A stretch of DNA of 62,033 nt, filler included, from 8 parts of 8 records of this genome joined end to end with filler, not necessarily neighbours in it, one strand, 5' to 3'; positions 29,766-40,342 are shown, numbered from the whole stretch's first letter. The notes: a model not told the origin generated them from the letters alone. Numbers and translations are program-made.

Positions 29766-32700
29766 TCAAAAGGGGCCGGGTCTCGGATTAAGATAATGCA
29801 AAAAATTGCGCAGTAGTTCATTGTTTCCATTATGGTCGCTACCGTCAAAGACCAGATTGAGTACCGGAATCGGGTTGGAGTTTGCGTCTCCAAGTTGTCT
29901 TATAATAATACCCGTATTTTCGTAGGCCGATCCGATTTCAAGGATGCCGTGGGGGGCGGTCCGAGTGAATCGTTTGGCCAGGCGATAGCGACCGTTGCTG
30001 CCGGAAAAAAGCGGTAAAATATTATCGGCAGCAGTTCGCAAGGCGGCGGGATCGGGTTCAAAGGCGCCTGCGGTCCCTAATGCGCGGGCTACCCTGGTCA
30101 TCAGTTGCCGGCACAGGTCAAGATGTTTTTGGATTCCAGGGTCCTTTTGGCGGTTGTTCCAGTCTTCCCAGAGCAGATAAAGCACCTCGGAAAGGGGTTG
30201 CCAACAGATTCTGGCCGGGATGGTATCCATAAAAAACTGGTGATTGAAGGGATTGAAGACCACAGCAGGTTCGCCCGTCACCAGAAGCTTTAATTCATTC
30301 GGAACAACAGTGGCGGCTGTACGGGTGGCAAGATTGATCACTGTATCGGCATCCAGAGCGTTTATGGACGCAATCACCTGTTCCAGGGCCTTTTTTCTGC
30401 CCTGGACCGGTCCGGCCAAAATAATGTCGCCTGCCACCAGGGGTAGGAAAAAGCGCGTAAAAAAATCCGGGGCCAGAATCGCATCTTCCAGAAAGGGTGC
30501 ATAAATACGGGTGTCGGGAAAATCATCTCCAATCAGCGAAGCGATAACCTGGGCGTAGAGCCCCTCCACTTCCGCCCCTTCGGTCTGGGGGATGAGGATG
30601 GCGCTGGCTTTACCGGTCATGGCCTGCTTTTGGGCATCCCCCATAAGGCTGACAAAGGAGAGATATTCTTTGGCAGCACCCAGCCGCTTTCCCTGTTCAA
30701 GACTTTCTGTGTCCGTGGGTCTCAAGGTACTGGCCCGAACCCCTTGGCTTTTCAGAACGGCACAGGCTATTTCCGAAAAAGGAAACATGGGGGGAATGGC
30801 CAGGGGAAGGTTTTTGTCCAATGAGGAGCGCAACCGGCCCGAGGTATTCGGATGCTTTGGGGGAACAGGTTTTTTGTCAAAACTTAACGCAAATGCTTCT
30901 AAGCGGGTGATGATACCAACCTTTGAACTGTGTTCATCCACTTCCAGGTGAAGAAAGGGTTTTCCGGCCATCTCTCTGCGGAAAAGATGGAGCAGGGCCG
31001 TGTCCGGACCACAGCCGTGGTTGGTCAGATAGACGGCAAAAAGGTTAGGGGATTGCCTGATCTTTCTGGCTCCGGCAAGAATGTGCTGGGCAAATGGCCA
31101 GTATAGATTGGGATAATCCTTGTCCATGCCTTCTTCTTCGGCGTCCAGAACAAAAAGGGGCATGACCCGGTATCCCATGGCGGACAGATGCTTTGGCACC
31201 GACATGTTCAGCATTGGATCATTTATGCCGTAGGGCCGGGTAATGATAACAAAGACAGGGGCGTCTGAGGGTATGGATGATAAAAATGATTTGCCAAGCC
31301 GGACCAGGCTGCGGTTGTACCCCATAAAGGTAAAAGCGGCTTTTTGCATGGCCCGGATGGTGGATAATTTGGATTTGCCCAAAGTCTTTCCCAGGTCCAG
31401 GATGGTCTTGGCAATGTATTTGGTGCCGAACTTAAATGAAATCCGGGGGCTGAGCAGGGTGATATCCCCGTTTCCAAGACCCAGGGCATGTTCGGTCAGT
31501 TTGGCTGCGGTTTGAAAATAGAGACACCCATAGTCCTGTCTTGTCCAGGATCCTGAATGCTTTACGGTGAATACCCGGGGCAGGAAAATATAATCCACCC
31601 CTTTTTGGCGCAGGCTATCCACATGGCCGTTGACCAGTTTCACGGGGTAACAGGTTTCTTCCAAAGCGGATTGTCTGCTTTTGTTCACCATGTCCCGATC
31701 TGTGGGATCGGAAAGCAGAACGTTAAAACCAAGCTCTGTAAAAAAACGGTTGAACAGCACAAATAACTTGTGGAGAAACAAAACCCTGGGAATCCCGATG
31801 GTTGAACGGCCGGGAAAACGGTTGGGTTTATAGCCTTCCAGAAACAGCTCCTGGGACCGGGACCATATATCGGGCAAGGCTTCCAACGATTTGGAACGGC
31901 TTTGTGGTGCATTCCGGGGTGCCCCGGCAGTGTCGGTTGGGGGCCTTTGGGGAAATGCCCCGATGCTGCCGGATTCAAACCTGGATTGGGACAAAAGCGC
32001 CACTCCCAAAGCACCGGTGACGCTGAAATAAGGGGAGACGGTGACCGGGCTGCCCAAAAGGGAGCGAAAGGCATTGACAACACCCTGGTTATGGGCGATG
32101 CCGCCCTGGAGAAAAATATGATCTCCCAGGGACCGGTCACCGACCACCCGGGTCAAGTAATTGCGAACGATGCTGTAGGCCAGTCCTGCCACAATATCTG
32201 CCTTGGCCTCTCCCCGGCCCAGGGCCTTGGAAAGCGCCCCCTCAATGAACACGGTGCAGCGCTCTCCAAGATCCAGGGGCGCTTGGGACTTGAGTGAAAG
32301 GGGACCAAATTCCCGGATATCCACCCCGATTTTTTTTGCCTGTTCTTCCAGAAAGGAGCCGGTGCCGGCCGCGCAGATGCGGTTCATTTCAAAATCCGTT
32401 ACCACCTGGTTCCCCAGGCGGATAAATTTTGAGTCCTGGCCGCCGATTTCCAAAATGGTGTCCGCCTCCGGATGCTGGAACAGGGTGCCTTCGGCCTGGG
32501 CCGTAATTTCATTGACCACCAGGGCCGCCCCGATGGATTTACCGGCCAGATACCGGCCGGACCCTGTGACCCCGATGGACAGAATGCAAAATTTTTTTCC
32601 CATCTGCTGTTTGAGCTTCTCCATGCCCGAAAGTACGGTTTCCACCGGCGTGCCCCGGGTGCGCATGTACTGCCAGTGCAGCATCTGCTTGTCCGGGCTG

Positions 32701-33761
32701 ATCAGCACAAGATTGGTGGATGTGGACCCCACATCCACACCCAGGTGCCCTGTCACGGGAGAGTGCATAGTTTTGATCGGATGCAGCCCTTCCTGATCTT
32801 TGTTTCCAAAGCCCGCCAGGGGCCGGGATGTGCCGGAAGATTTTGAGCCGGATATCCCCATACCCAATAAATGGCATATTCGGGACAGTTTCAAGGCCTG
32901 CGCCGTCGGCAGAACCCCCAGAGCAGCACCCATGGCACCAGCGTAGGTATATTCCGGCTCCAGGAGAAAATCATCGTCAGACAGGTGAAAGGTCTTGGCC
33001 AGGGCCTGGCGTACCCCGTAAATTTCCATGACCCTGCCGGTCAGAAACACCGGTGGGGAAACCGGATTGTGTTTGACCACGTTGGACTTGTAATTTCTGA
33101 CCATGGCATGAATAAGGCCCAGGAGAATGTCCGCTGTTTTCGCTCCATCCTGCTGGAAATGGATCATGTCTGTTTTGGAGAACACTGAGCAGCGTCCGGC
33201 AATGGGCAGTACCTTTGTTGCCAGGCGCGTTTGCCCGGACAGTCCGGAAAGCGGTATGGCAAGTCGCTGGGCCTGTTCCTCAAGAAAGGAACCGGTGCCC
33301 GCCGAGCAGCTTGAGTTGAAAAAGAACTTCACCCGGGAGGCGTCTTTTTTTGAAAACCCCGTAATAAAGCTTGCACGGGCGGCCCCAATGTCCATGATGC
33401 TGCCGGCCCCAGGTGCCATGGCAAGACACCCCTCGACCACCGCCGGCACAATGTCCAGCAGGAAAACACCCGGGCTAGGGTGGATGCCTTCAATTTGTAC
33501 CGGCCTGTCCGAATGTTCGGCTGATTGTTCCGCCAATGCTTTGTTAATCTGTACGGCAACGGGTTCGGCCAGGCTGCCGGTCATTCCCATCCGCACTTTG
33601 GGAAATTTTGAGGCGGTTTCGGATAATAATGTTTTCAAGCAATCGGCCGGGGCCCCGGAATGTTTCTCAAATCGGGAGTAGACCCTGTTTTTATCCGCAT
33701 CCAGCACCACCAACTTGATGGCGCATGTGCCCATATCAATGCCCAGGACAGGAAATGTCAT
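29766..33761 (-). CDS. large acyl-CoA dehydratase activase-related protein (2x BadF/BcrAD ATPase + DUF2229-like)
   Basis: GIDMG, CSAGTGSFLEEQA, GRCSVF; GVDVGSTST, CAAGTGSFLEEQA, ERCTVF; ETCYPVK, NHGCGPD, EVDEH. Confidence 0.88.
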   Translation of the reverse strand: MTFPVLGIDMGTCAIKLVVLDADKNRVYSRFEKHSGAPADCLKTLLSETASKFPKVRMGMTGSLAEPVAVQINKALAEQSAEHSDRPVQIEGIHPSPGVFLLDIVPAVVEGCLAMAPGAGSIMDIGAARASFITGFSKKDASRVKFFFNSSCSAGTGSFLEEQAQRLAIPLSGLSGQTRLATKVLPIAGRCSVFSKTDMIHFQQDGAKTADILLGLIHAMVRNYKSNVVKHNPVSPPVFLTGRVMEIYGVRQALAKTFHLSDDDFLLEPEYTYAGAMGAALGVLPTAQALKLSRICHLLGMGISGSKSSGTSRPLAGFGNKDQEGLHPIKTMHSPVTGHLGVDVGSTSTNLVLISPDKQMLHWQYMRTRGTPVETVLSGMEKLKQQMGKKFCILSIGVTGSGRYLAGKSIGAALVVNEITAQAEGTLFQHPEADTILEIGGQDSKFIRLGNQVVTDFEMNRICAAGTGSFLEEQAKKIGVDIREFGPLSLKSQAPLDLGERCTVFIEGALSKALGRGEAKADIVAGLAYSIVRNYLTRVVGDRSLGDHIFLQGGIAHNQGVVNAFRSLLGSPVTVSPYFSVTGALGVALLSQSRFESGSIGAFPQRPPTDTAGAPRNAPQSRSKSLEALPDIWSRSQELFLEGYKPNRFPGRSTIGIPRVLFLHKLFVLFNRFFTELGFNVLLSDPTDRDMVNKSRQSALEETCYPVKLVNGHVDSLRQKGVDYIFLPRVFTVKHSGSWTRQDYGCLYFQTAAKLTEHALGLGNGDITLLSPRISFKFGTKYIAKTILDLGKTLGKSKLSTIRAMQKAAFTFMGYNRSLVRLGKSFLSSIPSDAPVFVIITRPYGINDPMLNMSVPKHLSAMGYRVMPLFVLDAEEEGMDKDYPNLYWPFAQHILAGARKIRQSPNLFAVYLTNHGCGPDTALLHLFRREMAGKPFLHLEVDEHSSKVGIITRLEAFALSFDKKPVPPKHPNTSGRLRSSLDKNLPLAIPPMFPFSEIACAVLKSQGVRASTLRPTDTESLEQGKRLGAAKEYLSFVSLMGDAQKQAMTGKASAILIPQTEGAEVEGLYAQVIASLIGDDFPDTRIYAPFLEDAILAPDFFTRFFLPLVAGDIILAGPVQGRKKALEQVIASINALDADTVINLATRTAATVVPNELKLLVTGEPAVVFNPFNHQFFMDTIPARICWQPLSEVLYLLWEDWNNRQKDPGIQKHLDLCRQLMTRVARALGTAGAFEPDPAALRTAADNILPLFSGSNGRYRLAKRFTRTAPHGILEIGSAYENTGIIIRQLGDANSNPIPVLNLVFDGSDHNGNNELLRNFLHYLNPRPGPF

Positions 33762-33773
33762 CTTTTATTCTCC

Positions 33774-35879
33774 TTAAAAATGGACCCGCATACCGGCAAA
33801 GATGTAGGGCCCAACATTTGACCCCAGAGATTTATCCACGGATTCGTCGAAAATGTTATTCACACCGCCGTAAAATTCATACTGTTTTTTGATGCCAAAT
33901 TGTTTGAGAAAACTGATATCCACAAGCTCGTAGGAACCCACTTTTTTCGTCCGGCTTTTATACTGACTGCCGATATGCCGTGCCGTGAGTGAAAGGGAAA
34001 ACGTCTGGCAGGCCTGATAGTTCACGCCCAAAGAAAGTGTCCGGTCCGGGTTGTAGAGCAGATCTTTTCCGGTTTCACCGTCTTCGGTGGAAAGTTCGGT
34101 CCAGTTGAAGTCGGCGGCGACCCCGTGCCCGAAATCATATCCCAGATTCAGTTCTAATCCCTTGATATCCACATTCTGTTGATTGACATAGGTCTGGTAA
34201 TCGTCACTGCCGTCACCGTCGGCGTCCACCCGTTGGATTTCAATTTTATCACTGACATCGTTGTAGAAAAGGACGACTTCGTAACTGAATCTTTGATATT
34301 CTCCGCTGATTCCAAGCTCATAGCTCCTCAGAAATTCAGGAGATAGTTCGTGCACTGTGGTCTTGGTGCCGTATACGGCTTCGGCTCCAATCCTTGGGAT
34401 ATCGCCCGGTGACGGGGCAACGACATAGAGCTCTGCCGTATCCGGTGCCCGGTAGCCTTCGGCGTAGTTCGCGCGAACCTTGAACATGGGAGAAAACTGT
34501 TTGGCCAGTCCGACTTTAAAGGTCGCTTTGTTGTCCGCATCGGACATGTCATCGTACCGAGCCCCGAAAATGGCATTGAGGTCCGGGGTAATCTGCCACT
34601 CATCCTGGAGATAAACCGCCTTGAACAACTGGGTATCGTTTGTAAATTCGTAATTTGTGGGATCGGGATTGATGGCGGCGGAATTTCTCGATATTTCCCG
34701 GTATTCGGCACCGCCCACCATAAGGTGATCAGACGTGACTGCCCAGGTGGATTCCGCCTCGTATCCGGTGATATCCACATCCGCACTGAATTTGGTGTTC
34801 GTGGGTGCCGTAAAATTTTTTGCCCGGGTTTTGTTGCGTTTCTCATACTCCGACCGGTAGACTCCTATCCGGCCCGTCAGGGTGTCTGTGAATTTGTACG
34901 TAACCGAGGTATTGGCATCCAGCCTTTTATTGTCGTCCTCAGAGTCCACAGGCGTATCCAGAACCATGACGGCGGGTGGGGTCTGCCCTGGTTTTGTCTT
35001 TTTGAACCCGCCGGTGTATGTGCCGTCCCGGTTTTCTTCAAAGTAATTCAGGCCCAGCTGTGCACTCAGGGCTTCGGTCAAGTCAGCATCTAAACAAAGT
35101 CCTGTGGAAAAAACTTCCGAGGCGTCGCGATAGGTGACGTCAACATCACCGGTCTGGGTGTGCTGGGAATCCGAGGTGATCGGCCGACTGGTTTTGGGAT
35201 TCAGGGCTTTTGAAAAATAGGTTTCGGTTTCCGTATAAGGCCTGGCCTTATTGTAATTGGTATACAGGGTGTACCCCAGTTTTCCCACCCGTCCCCGGGC
35301 ATTGACACCGGCCTTGTGGGACTCCCCGTCCCCCTGGTCGTTCATACCTGTGGAAACATCCATATCCACGGCAAACTTTCTTTGAGCGGCTTTTTTGGTG
35401 ATGATGTTGATCACCCCGCCCAGGGCATCCGATCCGTAAAGAGTGCTCATGGGGCCTTTGACGATCTCTATCCGCTCGACCATGCCGGCCGGAATCCTGT
35501 CCATCTCATAGGTGCTCTGGGTCTCACCTGCCACACGCCTGCCGTCAATGAGCAGCAGCGTGCCGTTGCCCCCCATGCCGCGGATGGAGATGGTACTCTT
35601 GGACTTGGCGCTTGAATGGGCAAACTGGCCGTATTGCAGGGTCAGACCAGGGGTTTTTTCCATAATGGCCTTCAGGGTGTCTGCACCCATCATCTTGATC
35701 TGCTCTGCGGTAATCACATCCACCGACGCCGTAATCCCGTCAATATTTTTTTCCGTCTTTGTCGCGGTAACCACCAGGGATTCTTCCTGGACCACCTTTT
35801 CTTTTGCTGCAAAAGCTGCACCGGCAACCATGGCGATCAGCACTGTTGCATACAGGCAGGTCACTATTTTCATTCTCAT
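33774..35879 (-). CDS. TonB-dependent outer membrane receptor
   Basis: signal peptide, LVVTATK, ERIEIVKGPMSTLYGSDALGGVINIITK, C-terminal Phe. Confidence 0.95.
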   Translation of the reverse strand: MRMKIVTCLYATVLIAMVAGAAFAAKEKVVQEESLVVTATKTEKNIDGITASVDVITAEQIKMMGADTLKAIMEKTPGLTLQYGQFAHSSAKSKSTISIRGMGGNGTLLLIDGRRVAGETQSTYEMDRIPAGMVERIEIVKGPMSTLYGSDALGGVINIITKKAAQRKFAVDMDVSTGMNDQGDGESHKAGVNARGRVGKLGYTLYTNYNKARPYTETETYFSKALNPKTSRPITSDSQHTQTGDVDVTYRDASEVFSTGLCLDADLTEALSAQLGLNYFEENRDGTYTGGFKKTKPGQTPPAVMVLDTPVDSEDDNKRLDANTSVTYKFTDTLTGRIGVYRSEYEKRNKTRAKNFTAPTNTKFSADVDITGYEAESTWAVTSDHLMVGGAEYREISRNSAAINPDPTNYEFTNDTQLFKAVYLQDEWQITPDLNAIFGARYDDMSDADNKATFKVGLAKQFSPMFKVRANYAEGYRAPDTAELYVVAPSPGDIPRIGAEAVYGTKTTVHELSPEFLRSYELGISGEYQRFSYEVVLFYNDVSDKIEIQRVDADGDGSDDYQTYVNQQNVDIKGLELNLGYDFGHGVAADFNWTELSTEDGETGKDLLYNPDRTLSLGVNYQACQTFSLSLTARHIGSQYKSRTKKVGSYELVDISFLKQFGIKKQYEFYGGVNNIFDESVDKSLGSNVGPYIFAGMRVHF

Positions 35880-35905
35880 CTGAAGTCTCCTTTAAAGCCC
35901 AAAGC

Positions 35906-37015
35906 TTATTCCATAGTCATCTTCTTAGATTGTTGTTTTTGAACCTCCATGGTGGCACGCTTGAAATGAATCAGCTCCAAGAGGACACCTTCGGGAGATT
36001 GATGAAACGCACTGATGTACATGCCCATTCGCTGGGCGTGCATCTTGTCCCGGATAAGCCAAAAATATTCCTTCTGGGTCAAAATCCCTTCTTTTTTGAG
36101 CTTGTCTGCGGATTTAATGAACTCGGCAGCCAGATGATTGGCCTGGGCAACAATTCCGTCACAGGCGGCCAAATTCACGCCGGCCCGGGATTTGGTATGG
36201 CATTGGCTGCAGATTTTTACCATCGCATCTCTTTGTTCGGTCCATTGGGCCATAGTGGGCCTGAAGCTGTCCGGGGCCAGTATCGGACCGAGCATCTCCA
36301 CCGCCCCTTTGACGGTGTCCTGGTCGGCAGAAAGCACGGGATCGGACTCTTCACCCCGAACGCCAAAAAAGCCCCAACTGGTCTTGACCATGTGATCGCC
36401 TCCGGACATATGGCAGGTCGCACATGTAGGAACACTGCCGTCCAGTCCCCGGGAGCGGTACAGGGCACCGTGCCTTGAATTTCCATAGGCTTCATACTGG
36501 GGATGATTTCCCATGTGGCAGGGAAGACAGGATTCGGGCTTGCGTGCCTCCCGGGCGGAGAATCTGTGACTGCCGTGGCAGGCGTTGCACTGTCCCCCGT
36601 CCTTGCAGATGCTGTTGTGGCAGGTGGCGCAGGATTTATCAAAAACGGCGGGAGCCTGGGCCTTGACCTTTTTACCCATGGCGGAGATGGACAGCGCGGC
36701 TTCGGCTTTGCCGTGCTTGCCCATGGTAAACCGTTGCGCCTGCTTTTCGTGGCATGTTCCACACACCTTGATATTCGGCATAATTGCCTTTTTTGAATCT
36801 GTTTCACTGGTGTGTGCCGAACCGTGGCATTGGGTACAGTCCATGCCGGATTTGGCCATGCTGGACAGCTCCCAGTCCTCAACCAGGGAAGGTGTGAGTT
36901 TTCTGTGACATTGGATGCATTCGGCCCTTGTATTGCCCTGGGCAAAGGCCGCCTGTGTCCAATCGACCAGGATTACCACCAGTATTCCAATTATAAAAAA
37001 CCGTTTTTTATCCAT
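35906..37015 (-). CDS. octaheme cytochrome c, compact HAO-family-like
   Basis: 8 CxxCH (CIQCH, CTQCH, CGTCH, CATCH, CNACH, CLPCH, CATCH, CSQCH); HRFSA.EARKPE.C..CHMG.HPQYE.Y; start at MDKKRFF. Confidence 0.85.
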   Translation of the reverse strand: MDKKRFFIIGILVVILVDWTQAAFAQGNTRAECIQCHRKLTPSLVEDWELSSMAKSGMDCTQCHGSAHTSETDSKKAIMPNIKVCGTCHEKQAQRFTMGKHGKAEAALSISAMGKKVKAQAPAVFDKSCATCHNSICKDGGQCNACHGSHRFSAREARKPESCLPCHMGNHPQYEAYGNSRHGALYRSRGLDGSVPTCATCHMSGGDHMVKTSWGFFGVRGEESDPVLSADQDTVKGAVEMLGPILAPDSFRPTMAQWTEQRDAMVKICSQCHTKSRAGVNLAACDGIVAQANHLAAEFIKSADKLKKEGILTQKEYFWLIRDKMHAQRMGMYISAFHQSPEGVLLELIHFKRATMEVQKQQSKKMTME

Positions 37016-37745
37016 TGGCAGCCTGATTCTTTTGGGCCGGGGCCGCGGATTCAATGACTTCAATCACCCGGTCTGATTGCTCAAACAATTGTTTGACCAT
37101 ATTCTGGAATCGTTTCGGAAAGGTTCTCTTGTTTTCAGGTGTGGCATCCGGGCCAATGGCACTCATCAGGATGGCTTTGGGATTCACCGCCCTTTCAGGG
37201 TGATAGTTGATGCCCACCTGTTTGTTTGTGTCCAGCCGGGTAAACCGGATATCCGTATCAATGGGTGCATTGTAAAAAAGCAGATTCCTCCGGTTGAATC
37301 GTCCCCCGGGAAGTCCTGCGAATCCGAAATCCGTGGTTGCCCCTGTGATATTGGAAAGTACGGTACCCACAACACCGGCATTGTCCTGGGTGACCCCATC
37401 TCTGATTTCAACCTTTATCTCGCCCCTCCGGGGCAATTGGTTTTTGTATAAGGCCTTGAGTCCTTCCCTGGCTGCAAGATAGGCTCCGCCTACAACGGCA
37501 CAGCTATGCCCCGCCATTTTTACGGTGTCCACATAGGAGATTTTTAAGATGCCTTTCTCGCTTGTCCCGATAAATTCGCCGAGGGGATCTTTCAAAACGA
37601 TTGCATTGATTTTGTCAAAAAAGGCGGGATATTGCATCTTTGGATCACCATCCGCTCCCATTGCCGTCCCGGCAACGGGAATAATCGTAGATAACAAGGC
37701 AATTGCCAACATTTTCCGGATTTGTTTTTTTGTTCTAATTTTCAT
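37008..37745 (-). CDS. FmdE-like protein with N-terminal signal peptide
   Basis: YPAFFD.I..I.LKDPL..F.G, KMAGHSCAVVGGAY, ITGA...GFAGL..GRFNRRNLL. Confidence 0.65.
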   Translation of the reverse strand: MKIRTKKQIRKMLAIALLSTIIPVAGTAMGADGDPKMQYPAFFDKINAIVLKDPLGEFIGTSEKGILKISYVDTVKMAGHSCAVVGGAYLAAREGLKALYKNQLPRRGEIKVEIRDGVTQDNAGVVGTVLSNITGATTDFGFAGLPGGRFNRRNLLFYNAPIDTDIRFTRLDTNKQVGINYHPERAVNPKAILMSAIGPDATPENKRTFPKRFQNMVKQLFEQSDRVIEVIESAAPAQKNQAANG

Positions 37746-37811
37746 ACATTTCCCTTATAAAATTGATGTTATAAAACATAGGCTGCATAATACCTGTTTC
37801 CTTGGCCTTGT

Positions 37812-37829
37812 CTTTGCGCTACAGCAAGT
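37812..37829. promoter_or_regulatory. candidate Crp/Fnr-family (NnrR-like) binding site
   Basis: CTTTGCG-ctac-AGCAAGT, core TTGC-N6-GCAA, about 70 bp upstream of the FmdE-like start. Confidence 0.5.
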
Positions 37830-37916
37830 CTATTCAAATTTTTATCAAAGTATAAATAAAAGTTAGGTTGCAGAAAAAGAATATATAGAAATCGAGGAAG
37901 TTGGGGGTGCTAATAG

Positions 37917-38597
37917 TTATTTTTTTGCAAAAGCTTTCAGAGCTTCAGGGTCGGTAACTGTCACACTTTGACGAGAAGATTTCAGCCAACCGTTTTTTTC
38001 CCAATCACTTAGGGTACGGCTGACGGTAAACATTGAGGCCCCTATATGGTCTGCAATATTCTGGCGACTCAGGGGGATATCAATATAAATTCCATTCTCT
38101 TTTTTACGGCCTGTGTTGGACATCAGGCTGATCATAAATTTGGCGATACGCTGGGGGGCTTGTTCCGAACATAAATCCAGATAGCGCTGCTGCAAATCTT
38201 CCATACGCTCGAAAAGAAGTGTGATCAAATCCAGGGTAATTTCTGGGTGTTTTCGGGCGATTTCGAGGCATCCGCCCCTGTCCCAGGAGATGACTTTCGT
38301 CTCTTTTATTGCCTGGGCCGTCACTGGATAAACGCCACCTCTAAGTACAATGGGGCTGGCTGTCATTTCACCGGAAGAGATATAACGAATAATGACTTCC
38401 CGGCCCTGCGCATTGAGTTTTGACAGCTTTAGGCATCCTTTAACCACCAGATAGCACCTTTGGGCAGGTTCCCCTTCATGAAACAGATACGCTTTGGGCG
38501 ACATGCGCTTGTTGATACCATATTTAAGAAAATCCGTGTAGCGTTGGGAAAGCAGTGTCTTCAAAAGATGAGGATCTGATTCTTTTTTTAATTGCAA
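37917..38597 (-). CDS. Crp/Fnr family regulator (Dnr/NnrR/HcpR-like, no FNR Cys cluster)
   Basis: LFHEGEPA...G.LKL...GREVI...YPVTAQA...QRIA...PLSRQNIADHIGASMFTVSRTLS.W; TTG start. Confidence 0.9.
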   Translation of the reverse strand: MQLKKESDPHLLKTLLSQRYTDFLKYGINKRMSPKAYLFHEGEPAQRCYLVVKGCLKLSKLNAQGREVIIRYISSGEMTASPIVLRGGVYPVTAQAIKETKVISWDRGGCLEIARKHPEITLDLITLLFERMEDLQQRYLDLCSEQAPQRIAKFMISLMSNTGRKKENGIYIDIPLSRQNIADHIGASMFTVSRTLSDWEKNGWLKSSRQSVTVTDPEALKAFAKK

Positions 38598-38876
38598 TGC
38601 GTTTTCCTTACACTTTAAGTGTATCCGTTTAAATAAAATCCTTTAGGTTTGTTTTTATTGCATAAAAAAGTTTGAAATGAAATAGATTGTTTTGTATCTG
38701 TTTAGAAAGTCGAAATGTATTTTTTAAAATTGCGTCCAACCATAAGCCTTTTTTCATGGGGAGTAGAGGATCGGTTTATCCCGAATTGGCATGCTTATAG
38801 AATGGTGGATAAAGAGGAATGTAGGCGATGGAATTGATCACAGCGATTCAGGCAGTTGTCCCATAGGAAGGAGCAA

Positions 38877-38918
38877 TAAAAAATGCCGCTGCTCAAATTG
38901 ATTTGAGCAGCGGCATTT
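38877..38918 (-). terminator. rho-independent terminator
   Basis: perfect 18-bp inverted repeat aaatgccgctgctcaaat/atttgagcagcggcattt with U-tract on the minus strand. Confidence 0.85.
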
Positions 38919-38933
38919 GCCGTTTTGCGTTAA

Positions 38934-39498
38934 CTATTTCTTGAAAATTTCAGGCGGTTTTGTTGTGCTGCCCGTGGCGTTGGGATAGTTTTCTGTTTTG
39001 TAGGATTTTTTACCGGTTTCAATCAGGTGGTTTGCTTCTTCCATGAACCCATTCAAGCGTTTTTTGCATTCATAGAATCCGTGCCACCATGAATAGTCCG
39101 GGGCCATCATCGCAGCCCCCATTCTTGCCCGGCGCCCTTCGTGGTGCCACAGTTCATAGTACTCCACTTCAAGGGGCTCATCAAAAAAACGGGTCTTGTC
39201 GAGCAGGCCTTTTGTATAAAGTTCATCAAGTTTGGCTTTAGCCGGTTTAAAATAAACTTCATTATATTCTTTGATGGTTTGATCCATTTGACTGTAGTGG
39301 GCTTGGGTCCACTTTTTTCCGTGACACTGCATACAGATTTCCTGCATTTTAGTCCGTTCTTCCTGCCAATTTGTTTGGGCCGGAAGGGGTTTGAAGTCTT
39401 CGGGTCTGACTGTCAAAGGGGCTTGTAATTCCCAGGATAATCTTTCGGTGACGTCATGGGAGGTCATTACACTGCCGGCACCGGACATATGACATGAG
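38934..39498 (-). CDS. HAO-family multiheme cytochrome (epsilon-Hao-like), C-terminal part
   Basis: SCHM, HDVTERLSWE, CMQCH, WHHEGRRARMGAAMMAPDYSWWHGFYE. Confidence 0.88.
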
Positions 39499-39598
39499 NN
39501 NNNNNNNNNNNNNNNNNNNNNNNNNNNNNNNNNNNNNNNNNNTTAATTAATTAANNNNNNNNNNNNNNNNNNNNNNNNNNNNNNNNNNNNNNNNNNNN
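39499..39598. other. artificial contig spacer
   Basis: N44-TTAATTAATTAA-N44. Confidence 0.99.
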
Positions 39599-40342
39599 CT
39601 CACTCCCGATAAAATCAGGTATGACAAGGTTAAACTGGTCGATTATCCACTCATTTCCCTTTCGGACTGAAATACTGCGCTTAATCTCCCTCAGAGGTGT
39701 TTCATTGTGAATTAAGTGATCGTCGATCTCGATTTTTCGGGCCACCATCATCAGAACGGGTTTGGGATAGATCAAAGCATCCACATTACCGGAGAGGAGC
39801 GAGAAGAGTGCATCCTCCGCCGTCAGGAAAACATGAACATCGGCGTTATCCACCTCCTGCACCAGGACAGCCCCCACATTGGATTCAACGACGGCGACAG
39901 TTTTTCCCGATAAACCGGAGAGACTGTCCACCGATTCAGAACTCTCCCTGAAGAAGATATGGATCGGAAAAGTTTCCACGGGGTCGGAGAATGAGCGGGT
40001 TGCCAGTCTTCCGGAGGTTATCCCCTGATTAGGGATAATATCAATCTCTCCGGTATCGAGGGCCGCATTCATATCACTCCAGCTCTCTATACCTATAAAT
40101 TCAATTGAAAATCCTGCCAAAGGGGCCAGAGCATTGATGATATCTATGGCAAACCCTTGGGGATCTCCGCTCTCCGAAAGACTGTACTGAGGTGGAAAAG
40201 AGGGATGAACCCCCACCCTCAGATGTCCGTTGGCGGCCTCCTCAGCCGGGAGTCTCCAACTATTAACAAAGGAAAGAGTGAATAGAAGAAATAGGATAAG
40301 GGTTTTACCCGGAAGCATATAAAAGCGTTTCATCATAGTCAA
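39599..40342 (-). CDS. family 3 solute-binding domain protein (possibly a sensor N-terminus), truncated
   Basis: LRVGV...FPP...GFAIDI...W..M.AAL..GEIDI...LSGKTVAV...LLSG.VDA. Confidence 0.8.

Noticed and set aside
20503-36945. Alternative-frame ORFs such as 20503-21273, 32203-32796, 35804-36478 and 36217-36945
   Set aside because: They lie entirely or almost entirely within well-supported genes and have no independent motifs.
38834-38850. FNR box starting TTGATCACAG upstream of the Crp/Fnr gene
   Set aside because: Only one half-site; the second half does not match ATCAA.
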